Source: a virus. Taken from it: 64,000 nt of DNA. A program made the position numbers and the translations under genes. The DNA lies in the IMG/VR virus record IMGVR_UViG_3300047546_001659, positions 1 to 64,000 of that record. One strand, 5' to 3'. Positions within the stretch are counted from its first letter, which is position 1. Each line of letters opens with the position of its first letter. The notes under the pieces are model-generated. The model saw only the letters and a program-made list of their open reading frames with translations. It was not told where the DNA came from and made no database searches. Shown piece after piece: positions 27,201 through 42,129 of the stretch.

Positions 27201-29312
27201 TTATTGATCCGGCAATGGAAATTTAGGAACTCCAAAATTTGAAGTATATTTAGCATATAAACATATAGAAAATTGATCTATAAATCCATTCATGTAAGTA
27301 GAACTTGCATCATAACCAATGAAAGGTCCGTGTGTTATAGATGTATAATCATTTGTATCTGTATAACTAGAACCCCTTTGAATACCGTCTACAAATAATC
27401 TAGTAGTTCCTGATGATCTACAAACAGCAAAATGATACCATTGACCTAGATTAGGATTAAATCCAGAGTCAATTCTGGTTGCACCATTTGAATAAAACTG
27501 AAATGTTGGAGTACTAGTTAAACCTACAAATAAAGTACCTGTTGAAAAGAATCTAGTACTTGCGGTTTTTGCAGAGAGATTAATCCAAAATTCAATTGTA
27601 AAATCACCTTTTCCAAATGCAAAAACTGGATTTGCTATATTGTTTGTATGTGTTAAATTCAAATAACCATTTGTACCATTGAAAAATATAGTATTTGAAC
27701 TAAATTTTTTATTAGTAGAAGAAACTATAGCTCCTCCTAGAGTCCTTATGTTTGTTCTACTATTTGCATCATATATTTTTAAATTTGATCCATTTAATAA
27801 AAATATAGTATTATTATCACTAGTTGATGGTTTAGTAGGAAGTGTAAATGAAGGATTTGTATAACGAGCAATACCTTTTGATATTCTTAGATCTGAAATA
27901 TATCCCTGAAATTTATTTGTTCCATCAGTTGCATTATGACCTACTGCTGGTGTGGCAAGGCCTGGTGCTGTAGAATAATCTACTAATGAGGTTGTAGATG
28001 CTGAATTGCTTAAAATTCCATTAATATATAATCTAATTACCCCATTTTTTCTTGTTACAGCAACATGTACCCACTGCTTTGGAGGAACTAATATTGATCC
28101 AGTATTGTGAAAAGTAGTTCCATCATAAAATTCAAGAATATAGTTAGCTTTTAATCTAAAATAAAAATTTGATCCAAAAGTAAAAATTACTTGTTGTGTA
28201 TTAGTTCTCGTAAATACCCAGGCCTCAACAGTAAAATCTCCTGTGCCCCAATAAACATCAAGGGTAGGCATTTGCAAATTATCACTAGTACCATCAAAAT
28301 ATATACTTCCACCTATATCAGTATTAGAATATTGAGAAATTGATTTAGCAAAAGGAGAAAACGAAAAATTTTCTGGTCTATTACCACCATCAGAGAGTGT
28401 GGTGTTGCTTGTTCCTTTATCAAGATTATTAATACCTGACATTACTAAAAATATAGTATTAGAATCTGCAGTTAAATTTGTTGTTGGAACTGAAAATGTA
28501 TTACCTGAATATGCAGACGATCCCTTTATAATTCTAAGATTATTCATAAAACCTTTATAATTATAGTTAGAATATGAATGATATCCAATTAAATTCATCA
28601 TGTTAAAATTTGTATTATTGAATGCAGATGCAACTTCTACACCATCTTTATACAATCTTAATGTATTTGATATTCTAGTAACGGCAACATGATACCATTT
28701 TGAAATAGTAATTGGAGTAGGATCAAAAATATAAGTACCTTGAGAACCCTGAACCCTATAACCAACAGCTAACCTATCTGCCCCATCAATAAACACCAAA
28801 AAAGCACGATCATTGACCCCTCCTGCAGGATCTGAGGAAACTATAGGATTTCCAAGAACACTTCCGCTCGCTGATCCTGTATTCTGAGGATATATCCAAA
28901 CCTCAAATGAAAAATCTCCGGATCCAAGTGCAATATGATTAAAGGTAAAATAATTACCTCCTAGAAAAGCTCCATTAAAATAAGTTGACCAACCAAATGG
29001 GCTATAAGGACTAAATGCTCCTTGTGCTGCTAAACTAGCTCCTGTCTGAGTTATGGTAACATTTCTTGATGAGCTATCGTAAAAGGCATAATTATTAGAT
29101 TTATTATCACCAATAGATTTTAAAAATAGTATATTAGAATTAGATGGTACAACATTATTCAAATTATAATGAACACTGTAATCAGATGGCCATGTGTTAC
29201 CAATTCTCTGGCTTCTTTCAACATCTTTAAGGTTCCACATTCCACTGGCTGAATATTCACCAATGCTTGTGTTTACACCAAGATATCCACCATTTGGTCT
29301 AGTTCTTGCCAT
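27201..29312 (-). CDS. Triple LamG/concanavalin-A-like domain protein
   Basis: Three copies of GDF[S/T]xE.W...W.H.A..R.....RL[Y/F].[D/N]G...[Y/F].G[F/Y]I..LR; paralogue of 29314..31404. Confidence 0.85.
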   Translation of the reverse strand: MARTRPNGGYLGVNTSIGEYSASGMWNLKDVERSQRIGNTWPSDYSVHYNLNNVVPSNSNILFLKSIGDNKSNNYAFYDSSSRNVTITQTGASLAAQGAFSPYSPFGWSTYFNGAFLGGNYFTFNHIALGSGDFSFEVWIYPQNTGSASGSVLGNPIVSSDPAGGVNDRAFLVFIDGADRLAVGYRVQGSQGTYIFDPTPITISKWYHVAVTRISNTLRLYKDGVEVASAFNNTNFNMMNLIGYHSYSNYNYKGFMNNLRIIKGSSAYSGNTFSVPTTNLTADSNTIFLVMSGINNLDKGTSNTTLSDGGNRPENFSFSPFAKSISQYSNTDIGGSIYFDGTSDNLQMPTLDVYWGTGDFTVEAWVFTRTNTQQVIFTFGSNFYFRLKANYILEFYDGTTFHNTGSILVPPKQWVHVAVTRKNGVIRLYINGILSNSASTTSLVDYSTAPGLATPAVGHNATDGTNKFQGYISDLRISKGIARYTNPSFTLPTKPSTSDNNTIFLLNGSNLKIYDANSRTNIRTLGGAIVSSTNKKFSSNTIFFNGTNGYLNLTHTNNIANPVFAFGKGDFTIEFWINLSAKTASTRFFSTGTLFVGLTSTPTFQFYSNGATRIDSGFNPNLGQWYHFAVCRSSGTTRLFVDGIQRGSSYTDTNDYTSITHGPFIGYDASSTYMNGFIDQFSICLYAKYTSNFGVPKFPLPDQ

Positions 29313-29313
29313 T

Positions 29314-31404
29314 TTATCTCACATTGAATGCGTTTGCGGGTACAGGGAAAGTAGCTGTATATCTAGCTGCTCTTGTTACTCTAACATCATCTAAATAACC
29401 GGTAAATTTTTGTGTTGTATCCAACAGGGCACCAACTGAGAATCCACCTTGTCCGTAGTTAGTTGTATCTGCTGCTGAACTTACAAGAGCTCCATTTTTA
29501 AAACCATATACCGTCGAGCCTGATCTACTTACTGCCACGTGTGTCCATGTGTTAGAAGGAATTGTATCAGTAAAAGTAACGTTAGTACCAATACCAGAAA
29601 GTCCAATTGAAAAAGTAGTGCTATTAAATTGTAAGAAAAATCCACCTGTACCTAAATTAAATAAACAAACTTGAGTTACAGACTGAGTAAAAGTTGGATA
29701 TACCCACATTTCAACAGTAAAATCACCAGTACCGAAATTTAACATTGGATTACTTATACCAGTTATTTGTCTTGAAGTACCATCAAAATAATAGCTGCCT
29801 TTACCAAATTTCTTTTGAGACTGAGAAATAGAAGCTGATCCCAATGTCTTTAAATTATTTTTACCTGTTTTATCAACAACACCGCCATTAGTTCCTTTTA
29901 TATGCAAAACAGCATCACTATCTGTAGTTAGAGGTGATGAAGGAGGTGTAAAATCTGTTGTATATAATGCTCGACCTTTGATATATCTTATATCATACAT
30001 ATGACCTGTTACATAAGTAGTTCCCGCGGGATCCTTACCTGAAGTATATCTTAAATTATTTGTATAATTAAATGTATCAGAATAAGTACTTCCTACCTGA
30101 GTACCATTTACAAAAAGTTTAGTTGCGTTTGATATTTTACAAGCTGCAACATGATACCACTGCTGATAAAGTGCAGCATAAAGGCCACCAGGTGAAGTAA
30201 TTCTATCAGCTGCAATCCCAGTATCAGCAGCATAAGCAAAATTAGAACCATTATGGTAAACAATAATTCTATTGCCACTGCCTGTAGGATCAGTTAAATC
30301 AAACCAATCTTGCCTATTACCAGTACCAGCTAAAGTTGGATATGTCCAAAATTCGATTGTGAAATCATCATTTGCAGTAAACAAAAGTGCAGAAGATCCA
30401 ATATTACTTTGCAAATAATCTGTACTTCCATTAAAATATATACTTCCACCATATGAAGTGTTACTATAAGTATCTGATGGATAAAAAGGTGAGAATGGCT
30501 GTACTGATAATGTGGAACCAGAGCTAGGTGTTACTGTATATTGATTTGATGAACTATCTTTAAATCTATTATCTTTACATGTTAAAAATAATGTATTACT
30601 TACAGATGAAAGTGGTCTAGTTGGTGGAGTAAAATTACTTGTGTATAAAGCAGTACCCACTACAAATCTAATATTAGAAGCCCATCCAGTATAATACAAA
30701 TTAGGTGTCTGATTAGCTCCTATTCTAGGAGTAGAAAATGCAGTATATGTAGTATTATCCGTAGCTGTGGTGGCTTCAGCTACACCATTAATATAAAGAG
30801 TTGCTGTGCTTGAACCACTTGAAGATTTTACCAATGCAAAATGATACCATTGATAAGGAGTCAACGTAGTATTACCACCAACTATTGTAGCACTATTGTT
30901 TATTCTTCCTTGTATTTTACTACTAACTATTCTCAATTCTATTGTTTGAGTTGCATTATAAAGCTTTACTAGAGGTATTTCAGCCGCTGAAACAGTCGTA
31001 GGAAAAAACCAACCTTCTAGTGTATAGGAATTATTACCAACAGCTGTCATGTTGGTAGGAAGTGTTAAGTAGTCTGATGATCCACCAAAATAATTTGACC
31101 AACCAGTAGGGCTGAAAGGACTAAAAGATCCTTGCAGTGGTGAACCATTAACATTTATACTATATAAATTTGAGTATGTTGAATCATTTACATAGATTGT
31201 ATTATTAACAAATTCACCTTCTTCACCATTTAATAATAAAACAGTGTTGTTAAAGGAAGTATCTCTGAGTGTTGTATCTACAGGCCATGTTTGACCTGAC
31301 ATACCTGTTATAACACTATTTAAAGACCAAACCCCGTTAATTGAGTTGGTATTCAAAGTGTTAATACTACCCGACAATCCACCGTCGAGTTTGGTTCTAG
31401 GCAT
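29314..31404 (-). CDS. Triple LamG/concanavalin-A-like domain protein
   Basis: Same three-domain architecture (YTLEGW, DFTIEFW, DFTVEMW); likely start MPRTK at 31404 with a TAATG overlap. Confidence 0.85.
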   Translation of the reverse strand: MPRTKLDGGLSGSINTLNTNSINGVWSLNSVITGMSGQTWPVDTTLRDTSFNNTVLLLNGEEGEFVNNTIYVNDSTYSNLYSINVNGSPLQGSFSPFSPTGWSNYFGGSSDYLTLPTNMTAVGNNSYTLEGWFFPTTVSAAEIPLVKLYNATQTIELRIVSSKIQGRINNSATIVGGNTTLTPYQWYHFALVKSSSGSSTATLYINGVAEATTATDNTTYTAFSTPRIGANQTPNLYYTGWASNIRFVVGTALYTSNFTPPTRPLSSVSNTLFLTCKDNRFKDSSSNQYTVTPSSGSTLSVQPFSPFYPSDTYSNTSYGGSIYFNGSTDYLQSNIGSSALLFTANDDFTIEFWTYPTLAGTGNRQDWFDLTDPTGSGNRIIVYHNGSNFAYAADTGIAADRITSPGGLYAALYQQWYHVAACKISNATKLFVNGTQVGSTYSDTFNYTNNLRYTSGKDPAGTTYVTGHMYDIRYIKGRALYTTDFTPPSSPLTTDSDAVLHIKGTNGGVVDKTGKNNLKTLGSASISQSQKKFGKGSYYFDGTSRQITGISNPMLNFGTGDFTVEMWVYPTFTQSVTQVCLFNLGTGGFFLQFNSTTFSIGLSGIGTNVTFTDTIPSNTWTHVAVSRSGSTVYGFKNGALVSSAADTTNYGQGGFSVGALLDTTQKFTGYLDDVRVTRAARYTATFPVPANAFNVR

Positions 31405-31760
31405 TAGCTTATTTGCTCCCAACTACAAATAGCCTGCAATGCAGCATTAGCTGATGCAGTGAGTTGGATTGAAGAATTTTCAAGTATATAAAAAGTAGTA
31501 TCTTTACCAACAACAGTAAGTGCAGAGTTTGCAGGTACAACAACGTTTTTAACAACAGATGTGTTAGAACCATTAACATTCAATTCAACAGTTACTGAAT
31601 AAGGGTTTGCATTTATATTAGCAACGTTGATAGAATTGATTTTATAAATTGTATTAGTACCTGTAGCATTCTGAACTATATTTGCAGTCGTCGTAGAGAC
31701 GTTCATATATGCTGTGTTACCAAAAATACTAGTGATGTTTACTATATTTGGGTTTGCCAT
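31404..31760 (-). CDS. Small beta-rich virion adaptor protein
   Basis: 118 aa, MANPNIVNITSIFGNT...VVPANSAL...ICSWEQIS; GGAGG SD; sits between a short collagen fibre and the LamG pair. Confidence 0.6.
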   Translation of the reverse strand: MANPNIVNITSIFGNTAYMNVSTTTANIVQNATGTNTIYKINSINVANINANPYSVTVELNVNGSNTSVVKNVVVPANSALTVVGKDTTFYILENSSIQLTASANAALQAICSWEQIS

Positions 31761-31767
31761 TTATATA

Positions 31768-32340
31768 TTATCCTCCAAAAATTATATTCATGGCAATAGA
31801 TTTGCCTAGTGAAATTCCACCCGATGAACCTGTAAATCCAATTGATCCTGTGAACCCGGCGGGATCACCTTTGGATCCGGTATAACCAACAGGAGATCCT
31901 TGTGATCCAGTATAACCGCGAGGACCTGGTTGTGTTGCAATGTCTACCCACTGTTCTGATGTACTATCATTATAATAAATTTTTAATGTTGCTGTATTAC
32001 TATTAAACCAAAGATATCCTTGAGCTGCTGCACCCGGTACAGTATCAGAAACCGTAACTGAAGCACCTCCTCCACCACCAGTTCCACCAACACCCGCTGA
32101 TCCTGTATAACCCCTTAAACCCTGATCACCTTGCGAACCAGTATAACCAGGAGTAGTGCTGACTGGGCCTATTTCTCCCTGTGAGCCAGTATAACCCAAA
32201 TCACCCTTTGATCCGGAGTAACCAATAGTTGTAGATGAAGCACGCCAATATCCGCCGCCAGAACTAGACCAAATCCAAGTTCTGTCTCCTACTGAATACG
32301 ATTGCCCTTCAACAGGACTATTAGGAAAATTTATAGCCAT
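31768..32340 (-). CDS. Short collagen-like fibre protein with MAINFP N-terminus
   Basis: MAINFPNSP...WIW; GYTGS repeats; internal VSDTVP...GYLWFNSNTATLKIYYND...QWV module; hydrophobic C-terminal GKSIAMNIIFGG. Confidence 0.72.
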   Translation of the reverse strand: MAINFPNSPVEGQSYSVGDRTWIWSSSGGGYWRASSTTIGYSGSKGDLGYTGSQGEIGPVSTTPGYTGSQGDQGLRGYTGSAGVGGTGGGGGASVTVSDTVPGAAAQGYLWFNSNTATLKIYYNDSTSEQWVDIATQPGPRGYTGSQGSPVGYTGSKGDPAGFTGSIGFTGSSGGISLGKSIAMNIIFGG

Positions 32341-32367
32341 TAATTATTTCTCTTTATACGTATTTAT

Positions 32368-33210
32368 TCAATATGCTTGGGTATTAGTATTAGGAAATGT
32401 TCTAGTATTATTAAGTCCCCATATTATTCTTACAACACCATTTGCACCATATCCCGGTACTTGTACATACCATCCACCTCTACCACCTCCTCCTCCATAT
32501 AACCCACCTGGTCCACCTACACCATTGTTTCTAGTTACACCATCTGCACCAGATGAACCTGATTTTCCACCTTCACCACCGGAACCAGGACCTTGGTTAC
32601 CGCCTCTCCCACCCGCACCAGCATTACCTTGACCATATATTCCTACACCACCACCACCGCCGCCATCTTCAAACCAACCATTACCATTATGCAACATTGC
32701 AGCACCACCGCCACCAGAACCACCAGAACCGGGATTGCCATTTGCGGTTAGACCATTACCACCATCACCCCCATTGCCATTATACCCACCAGCACCTCCT
32801 GCTCCTGAAATGCCGGTTCCTCCACTTCCGCCTCCTGTTCCAGCCCATCCACCACCACTTGCAGGATTATAATTACCAGAAATACCTCCGCTGCCTCTTA
32901 CAGTGGATGTACTAAAAAAGAAACTGTTAGTTGCATTAGCTGAAGGAGTCTGTCCTCCTAAACCCACGGATAAATTATAGGTATTACCTGGTACTACGGA
33001 AATATTGTTTCTCCATCCTAAACCACCACCACCTCCGCTTCTAGAAGCAGCACCTGTACCACATCCTCCTCCGCCTATACAAAGAACTGTTACATTATAA
33101 ACACCCGGTGGACATGTCCATATATAATCACCTGGTGTTGTATACAAAGATTCACCTGGCTCACTATTATACTTTGCATTAGTGCCTATTACTGAATTAA
33201 CAATAGACAT
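32368..33210 (-). CDS. Glycine-rich putative adhesin / fibre cap protein
   Basis: YTTPGDYIWTCPPGV..VTVLCIGGGG, GGGGGLGWRNNISVVPGNTY, GGLYGGGGG, GANGVVRIIWG; translationally coupled to the upstream fibre gene. Confidence 0.68.
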   Translation of the reverse strand: MSIVNSVIGTNAKYNSEPGESLYTTPGDYIWTCPPGVYNVTVLCIGGGGCGTGAASRSGGGGGLGWRNNISVVPGNTYNLSVGLGGQTPSANATNSFFFSTSTVRGSGGISGNYNPASGGGWAGTGGGSGGTGISGAGGAGGYNGNGGDGGNGLTANGNPGSGGSGGGGAAMLHNGNGWFEDGGGGGGVGIYGQGNAGAGGRGGNQGPGSGGEGGKSGSSGADGVTRNNGVGGPGGLYGGGGGRGGWYVQVPGYGANGVVRIIWGLNNTRTFPNTNTQAY

Positions 33211-34868
33211 TAGAATAGATTTCCACTTATTGTAAATGTATTAGAATATTGAACACATATAATAGTAGCTAAACCTCTTTGTAATAATGTTCTATTACCT
33301 GTATTTGCAGTACCTGCCCAATACATTGTTGTACCAGTATTAGCAATAATAGTAATATTTGCACTAGTATTATTGAATATTGTACAGTTAAATCCTGTAA
33401 GAACAACATCACTATTAATTGTAACATTACTAGTGGTGGATAATAAAGAACCATTATCACCATTTGCAATAACATATGAAGTAGATTTTTCATATACAGG
33501 AAGATCAGTTGTTCCTCGTGAACCAGTGTATCCTACAGGTCCTAAAAATCCATGTGATGATATTTCTACCCATTGTGAACTATCACCATCACTAGTATAA
33601 ACTAATTCAATACCATAATCAGAATTAAACCATCTATCACCATCTAATGGACTTGGAGGTGCAGTATTAGCAATTGTATATGCTCCTCCTGATCCATTCA
33701 ATCCTCTTGAACCCGTATAACCTATAGAACCGGTAAAGCCAGTACCACCAGAACCCGTGAATCCAACAGAACCAGTGTAACCAGCTCCTGTAGATCCAGT
33801 AAAACCAACTGAACCAGTATATCCTATAGAACCTGTAAAACCAACTGAACCTGTATAACCGACCGAGCCTGTAAACCCAATCGAGCCAGTAAAACCAACT
33901 GAACCCGTATATCCTATAGAACCCTGTGAACCAGCATACCCAGTAACAGTTGAAGAATAAACAACACCAGCATTATACAAACCTGCAGCTTTGGCATGAG
34001 CTAATATTCTAGCATCTGAAAGTTTAGACCCACTATAATAAACCGTATGTGATCTAATGTTGGGAGATTGACCATCTGTAGTTGGATTATAACCAATACC
34101 AAATGTAGTTGATGTACCGCCTGTTGGTTCATTTACATATGAAGCAGTTGCGACCTTTATTCCATTTAAATACACTGTTAAGGTTTTCGCTGTACTATCT
34201 TTTACAACTACAAAATGATTGGGAACACCGTTTACAACCCATGCATCTAATGAAGTTAATTGATCTGTACCATTACCATATTCCCAGAATATAGCAATTT
34301 GACCAGTATTTTGAATTCTAATAATAAACTGATAATTTACTGGTGCAGTTTCTCCAGTCGCACCAATATTGGCTACATAGATTGGATTAGTTCCATTTAA
34401 ATTAGGTATTAAAACAGTTTCCCAAGTCCAGTCACCAGTTATAGGAGCTGAAAGCCCCATCAACGATGATGAGGCAGCTCCTGCAGTAGTACTTGAAAAT
34501 AATATACCATTAGCACTTGTATTGGAAGGATAAACAGGACCAAATGCTTGAGTATATGTACCACTTAATGTCAAATTGCCAGCAGGTGCATACGAACCAT
34601 AGTTAATTACACTACCAGCTACTTCGTTAAATTTATACCAGAGATAAGGTGTATCTATAGAAATTTCTTGATCTAGAGAATTTACACCTACAATATATCC
34701 TGGTATACCCTGTGAACCTGTATAACCTATATCACCTTTTGATCCAGTGAAACCAATTGCAAGTGTGTTGGCTTGCCATAATCCATAGTTATTTGCCCAG
34801 TACCAAGTCTGGTTTCCATATGTGTATATTTGATTATTAGATGGATTGCTAGGAAAATTAATTGCCAT
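33210..34868 (-). CDS. Collagen-like fibre protein with a LamG-like domain
   Basis: MAINFP N-terminus, LamG-like domain (WTWET...HFVVV...VYLNG), G[YF]TGS[VI] run, GDRWFNSDYG module, C-terminal domain shared with 10202..10909. Confidence 0.78.
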   Translation of the reverse strand: MAINFPSNPSNNQIYTYGNQTWYWANNYGLWQANTLAIGFTGSKGDIGYTGSQGIPGYIVGVNSLDQEISIDTPYLWYKFNEVAGSVINYGSYAPAGNLTLSGTYTQAFGPVYPSNTSANGILFSSTTAGAASSSLMGLSAPITGDWTWETVLIPNLNGTNPIYVANIGATGETAPVNYQFIIRIQNTGQIAIFWEYGNGTDQLTSLDAWVVNGVPNHFVVVKDSTAKTLTVYLNGIKVATASYVNEPTGGTSTTFGIGYNPTTDGQSPNIRSHTVYYSGSKLSDARILAHAKAAGLYNAGVVYSSTVTGYAGSQGSIGYTGSVGFTGSIGFTGSVGYTGSVGFTGSIGYTGSVGFTGSTGAGYTGSVGFTGSGGTGFTGSIGYTGSRGLNGSGGAYTIANTAPPSPLDGDRWFNSDYGIELVYTSDGDSSQWVEISSHGFLGPVGYTGSRGTTDLPVYEKSTSYVIANGDNGSLLSTTSNVTINSDVVLTGFNCTIFNNTSANITIIANTGTTMYWAGTANTGNRTLLQRGLATIICVQYSNTFTISGNLF

Positions 34869-34871
34869 TTA

Positions 34872-39836
<4,965 letters not shown>

Positions 39837-39866
39837 ATGGCCCTCTTACAAACAGTATATACTGTG

Positions 39867-40070
39867 TTAATTATCTAAAGATTCGTTTTTCTTTGTTTTG
39901 GAATTTGCTTTATCTAAAGCTTTTTGTAATTCCTCAACTTTACTATTTAGGTTTGTATTTTGCTTCTCATAAAAAGCAATCTGAGCTGATTGCAAGATAT
40001 TACTCTTGGTCAGCTCAGTTACCATATTCGTTAATTTTTCCACGTAGATATTATATAACTCAGGACCCAT
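39867..40070 (-). CDS. Small coiled-coil protein, possibly a fibre chaperone
   Basis: 67 aa heptad pattern, lying between two fibre genes on the same strand. Confidence 0.55.
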   Translation of the reverse strand: MGPELYNIYVEKLTNMVTELTKSNILQSAQIAFYEKQNTNLNSKVEELQKALDKANSKTKKNESLDN

Positions 40071-40088
40071 AATATAGAACTTTCACTA

Positions 40089-41672
40089 TCAGAATGAACC
40101 GCCGTCTAATGATCCATAATAGAGGTTAGTACCATCTGATTGTAGAACATATCCAGCAGCCCCAGCAGTTAATTTCTGAAGACCTGATGTTGTATTACCA
40201 ACAAGTAAATCACCATCAGTGTATGTCTTAAATCCAGTACCACCTGATCCATATCCAAGAGCAGTTGAAAGAGTCAAGGTATTAGCCTGAATAGCAACTG
40301 TTAGTGAATTTGTACCAGTAATATTAAGTGCTGTTGAATTAGAAACTAATGCACCTGAATCTAAGTATGCTTTAAGAGTAGCTTGATGATATGAACCATC
40401 TCCAGTATCAACGAATGTTGTAGGTGTTACTGTTAATCCATCAAATAACTTATAAACACCATCTGATGCATCACGGAAGAAGCCAGTATGTTCATGACCA
40501 CCACCGTTATTATTATAGTTACCAAAGAAACCAATATCAATAAGGTCTGTTTGAGTATTGTTAGCAGCAAGTTGAATTAACGGATCAGTTACAATGTAAG
40601 ATTCGACGTTTGAGAATACTGCATTACCAGTAATATGTAAGTCACCACCAATATAGAAGTCATGATAAACTGTGCCAGTGTTAGCAATAAAATTACTATT
40701 TACTGAAAGATTATGAATTTCAATTGTGTTAGCAGATGATGTTATATAAGATGAACTATCAGAACCAAGTCTTAGTTGAGTAAACCAACCAGTATTATAA
40801 ACTGCTCCAACAGAACCGATATCAAATGAATTATCTGAGGTTGGAATTACAGTACCATAAAGACTACCGTTGAGAGTAACTCTATCTTGAATTGCATCAC
40901 CAAGAACAACATTACCGTTGAGTGTTGTTTGACCATTTACTGTTAATGAATCAAATGTTTGAGTAACAGAAGGATTAATATGTACGCCTGTACTATTTGA
41001 TACAAGACCTGTACCTGCAACTACTGCAATTGTTGGTGTTGAAGATTCACCAGTACCACCAGTTACTGATGTACCATTACCTGCCGTGATACTTTGGACA
41101 TAATCACCATCTGTATCAACACCAAGTGTTACACCGTTTGCATTGGTAATTGTAACATTAAGTGTTGCATCACCTAGATTATTAAATGTAACGTTACCAG
41201 TTGCATCACCAGAAAGGGTAAGTTTTGGTGAACGGTTGATTGTAGTTACAAATAGATTTTCAATAGTTGTGTTGGCAGCTGAAAGATAAAGATTACCAGA
41301 GAGTGTTCTGGAATCTGTATTTTGAACAAATGAAGGTCCGGCTGCAGCTGTTGTTGACCAGAATAATTTACCAGATCCATCTACTGCAAGAACGGAACCC
41401 GATGGACCATAAGAACCATTTGCAGAAAGACTGTCAATAGTTGCATTGGCTGTTTTGATTTGATTGAGCCAACCAGTACTGTTTGCAACAAGTGCTTGGT
41501 TAGCTGTAAGAATACCAGGATTTCTTTCACCTGCGATAGGTAAAACAGAACCGAAATTACCGATATAAACGACATTACCAGAGGCTGTAAATGCCAATTC
41601 ACCATTGGCCAGCGACCCCGGCTGTGCTGTGGTTTGTGAACGTTTAATTTGTAATAAATTTGGGGACGCCAT
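40089..41672 (-). CDS. Tail-fibre-like protein with gp37-like N-terminus
   Basis: LQIKRSQTTAQPGSLANGELAF; domain VTDPLIQL...DIGFFGNY...HTGFFRDASDG shared with 34872..39836; ends LDGGSF; GGAGGAG SD. Confidence 0.75.
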   Translation of the reverse strand: MASPNLLQIKRSQTTAQPGSLANGELAFTASGNVVYIGNFGSVLPIAGERNPGILTANQALVANSTGWLNQIKTANATIDSLSANGSYGPSGSVLAVDGSGKLFWSTTAAAGPSFVQNTDSRTLSGNLYLSAANTTIENLFVTTINRSPKLTLSGDATGNVTFNNLGDATLNVTITNANGVTLGVDTDGDYVQSITAGNGTSVTGGTGESSTPTIAVVAGTGLVSNSTGVHINPSVTQTFDSLTVNGQTTLNGNVVLGDAIQDRVTLNGSLYGTVIPTSDNSFDIGSVGAVYNTGWFTQLRLGSDSSSYITSSANTIEIHNLSVNSNFIANTGTVYHDFYIGGDLHITGNAVFSNVESYIVTDPLIQLAANNTQTDLIDIGFFGNYNNNGGGHEHTGFFRDASDGVYKLFDGLTVTPTTFVDTGDGSYHQATLKAYLDSGALVSNSTALNITGTNSLTVAIQANTLTLSTALGYGSGGTGFKTYTDGDLLVGNTTSGLQKLTAGAAGYVLQSDGTNLYYGSLDGGSF

Positions 41673-42085
41673 TAAAAGTCTCCTCCGTCGAGTGTTTGAT
41701 TTGAAATTTCAAGTGGTAGTATTGTATATTTATCAGATTCGGACACGTAAGTCAAAATATATCCATTCGCCGGCATACCCACTACAACATCATCTAAACC
41801 TGCTAATGTACTTGATCCTCTTGAACCCGTATATCCAAAAGAGCCAGTATATCCCTGAGACCCGGTATAACCCTGTGAACCTGTGTATCCAAATTCACCT
41901 TGGGAGCCCTGATAACCTACGGAACCTCGATATCCGGTCTCACCTCGAGAACCTTGATAACCAACTGATCCCTGAAACCCAACAGTGCCCACGTTTTGCC
42001 AACGTGAGCCATCCCATCTCCAGGTTTTGCCGCCGGTGACTACTTCATCACCAATTTGCGGACTGTTAGGAAAAACTAATGCCAT
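41672..42085 (-). CDS. Short collagen-like protein with MAINFP-type N-terminus
   Basis: MALVFPNSPQIGD...WRWDGSRW, G[YF]xGS repeats, LAGLDDV motif, ends LDGGDF. Confidence 0.72.
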   Translation of the reverse strand: MALVFPNSPQIGDEVVTGGKTWRWDGSRWQNVGTVGFQGSVGYQGSRGETGYRGSVGYQGSQGEFGYTGSQGYTGSQGYTGSFGYTGSRGSSTLAGLDDVVVGMPANGYILTYVSESDKYTILPLEISNQTLDGGDF

Positions 42086-42129
42086 CTATTCTTTACCATT
42101 TTATATTATTTATTTCTTGTAAAAACATA

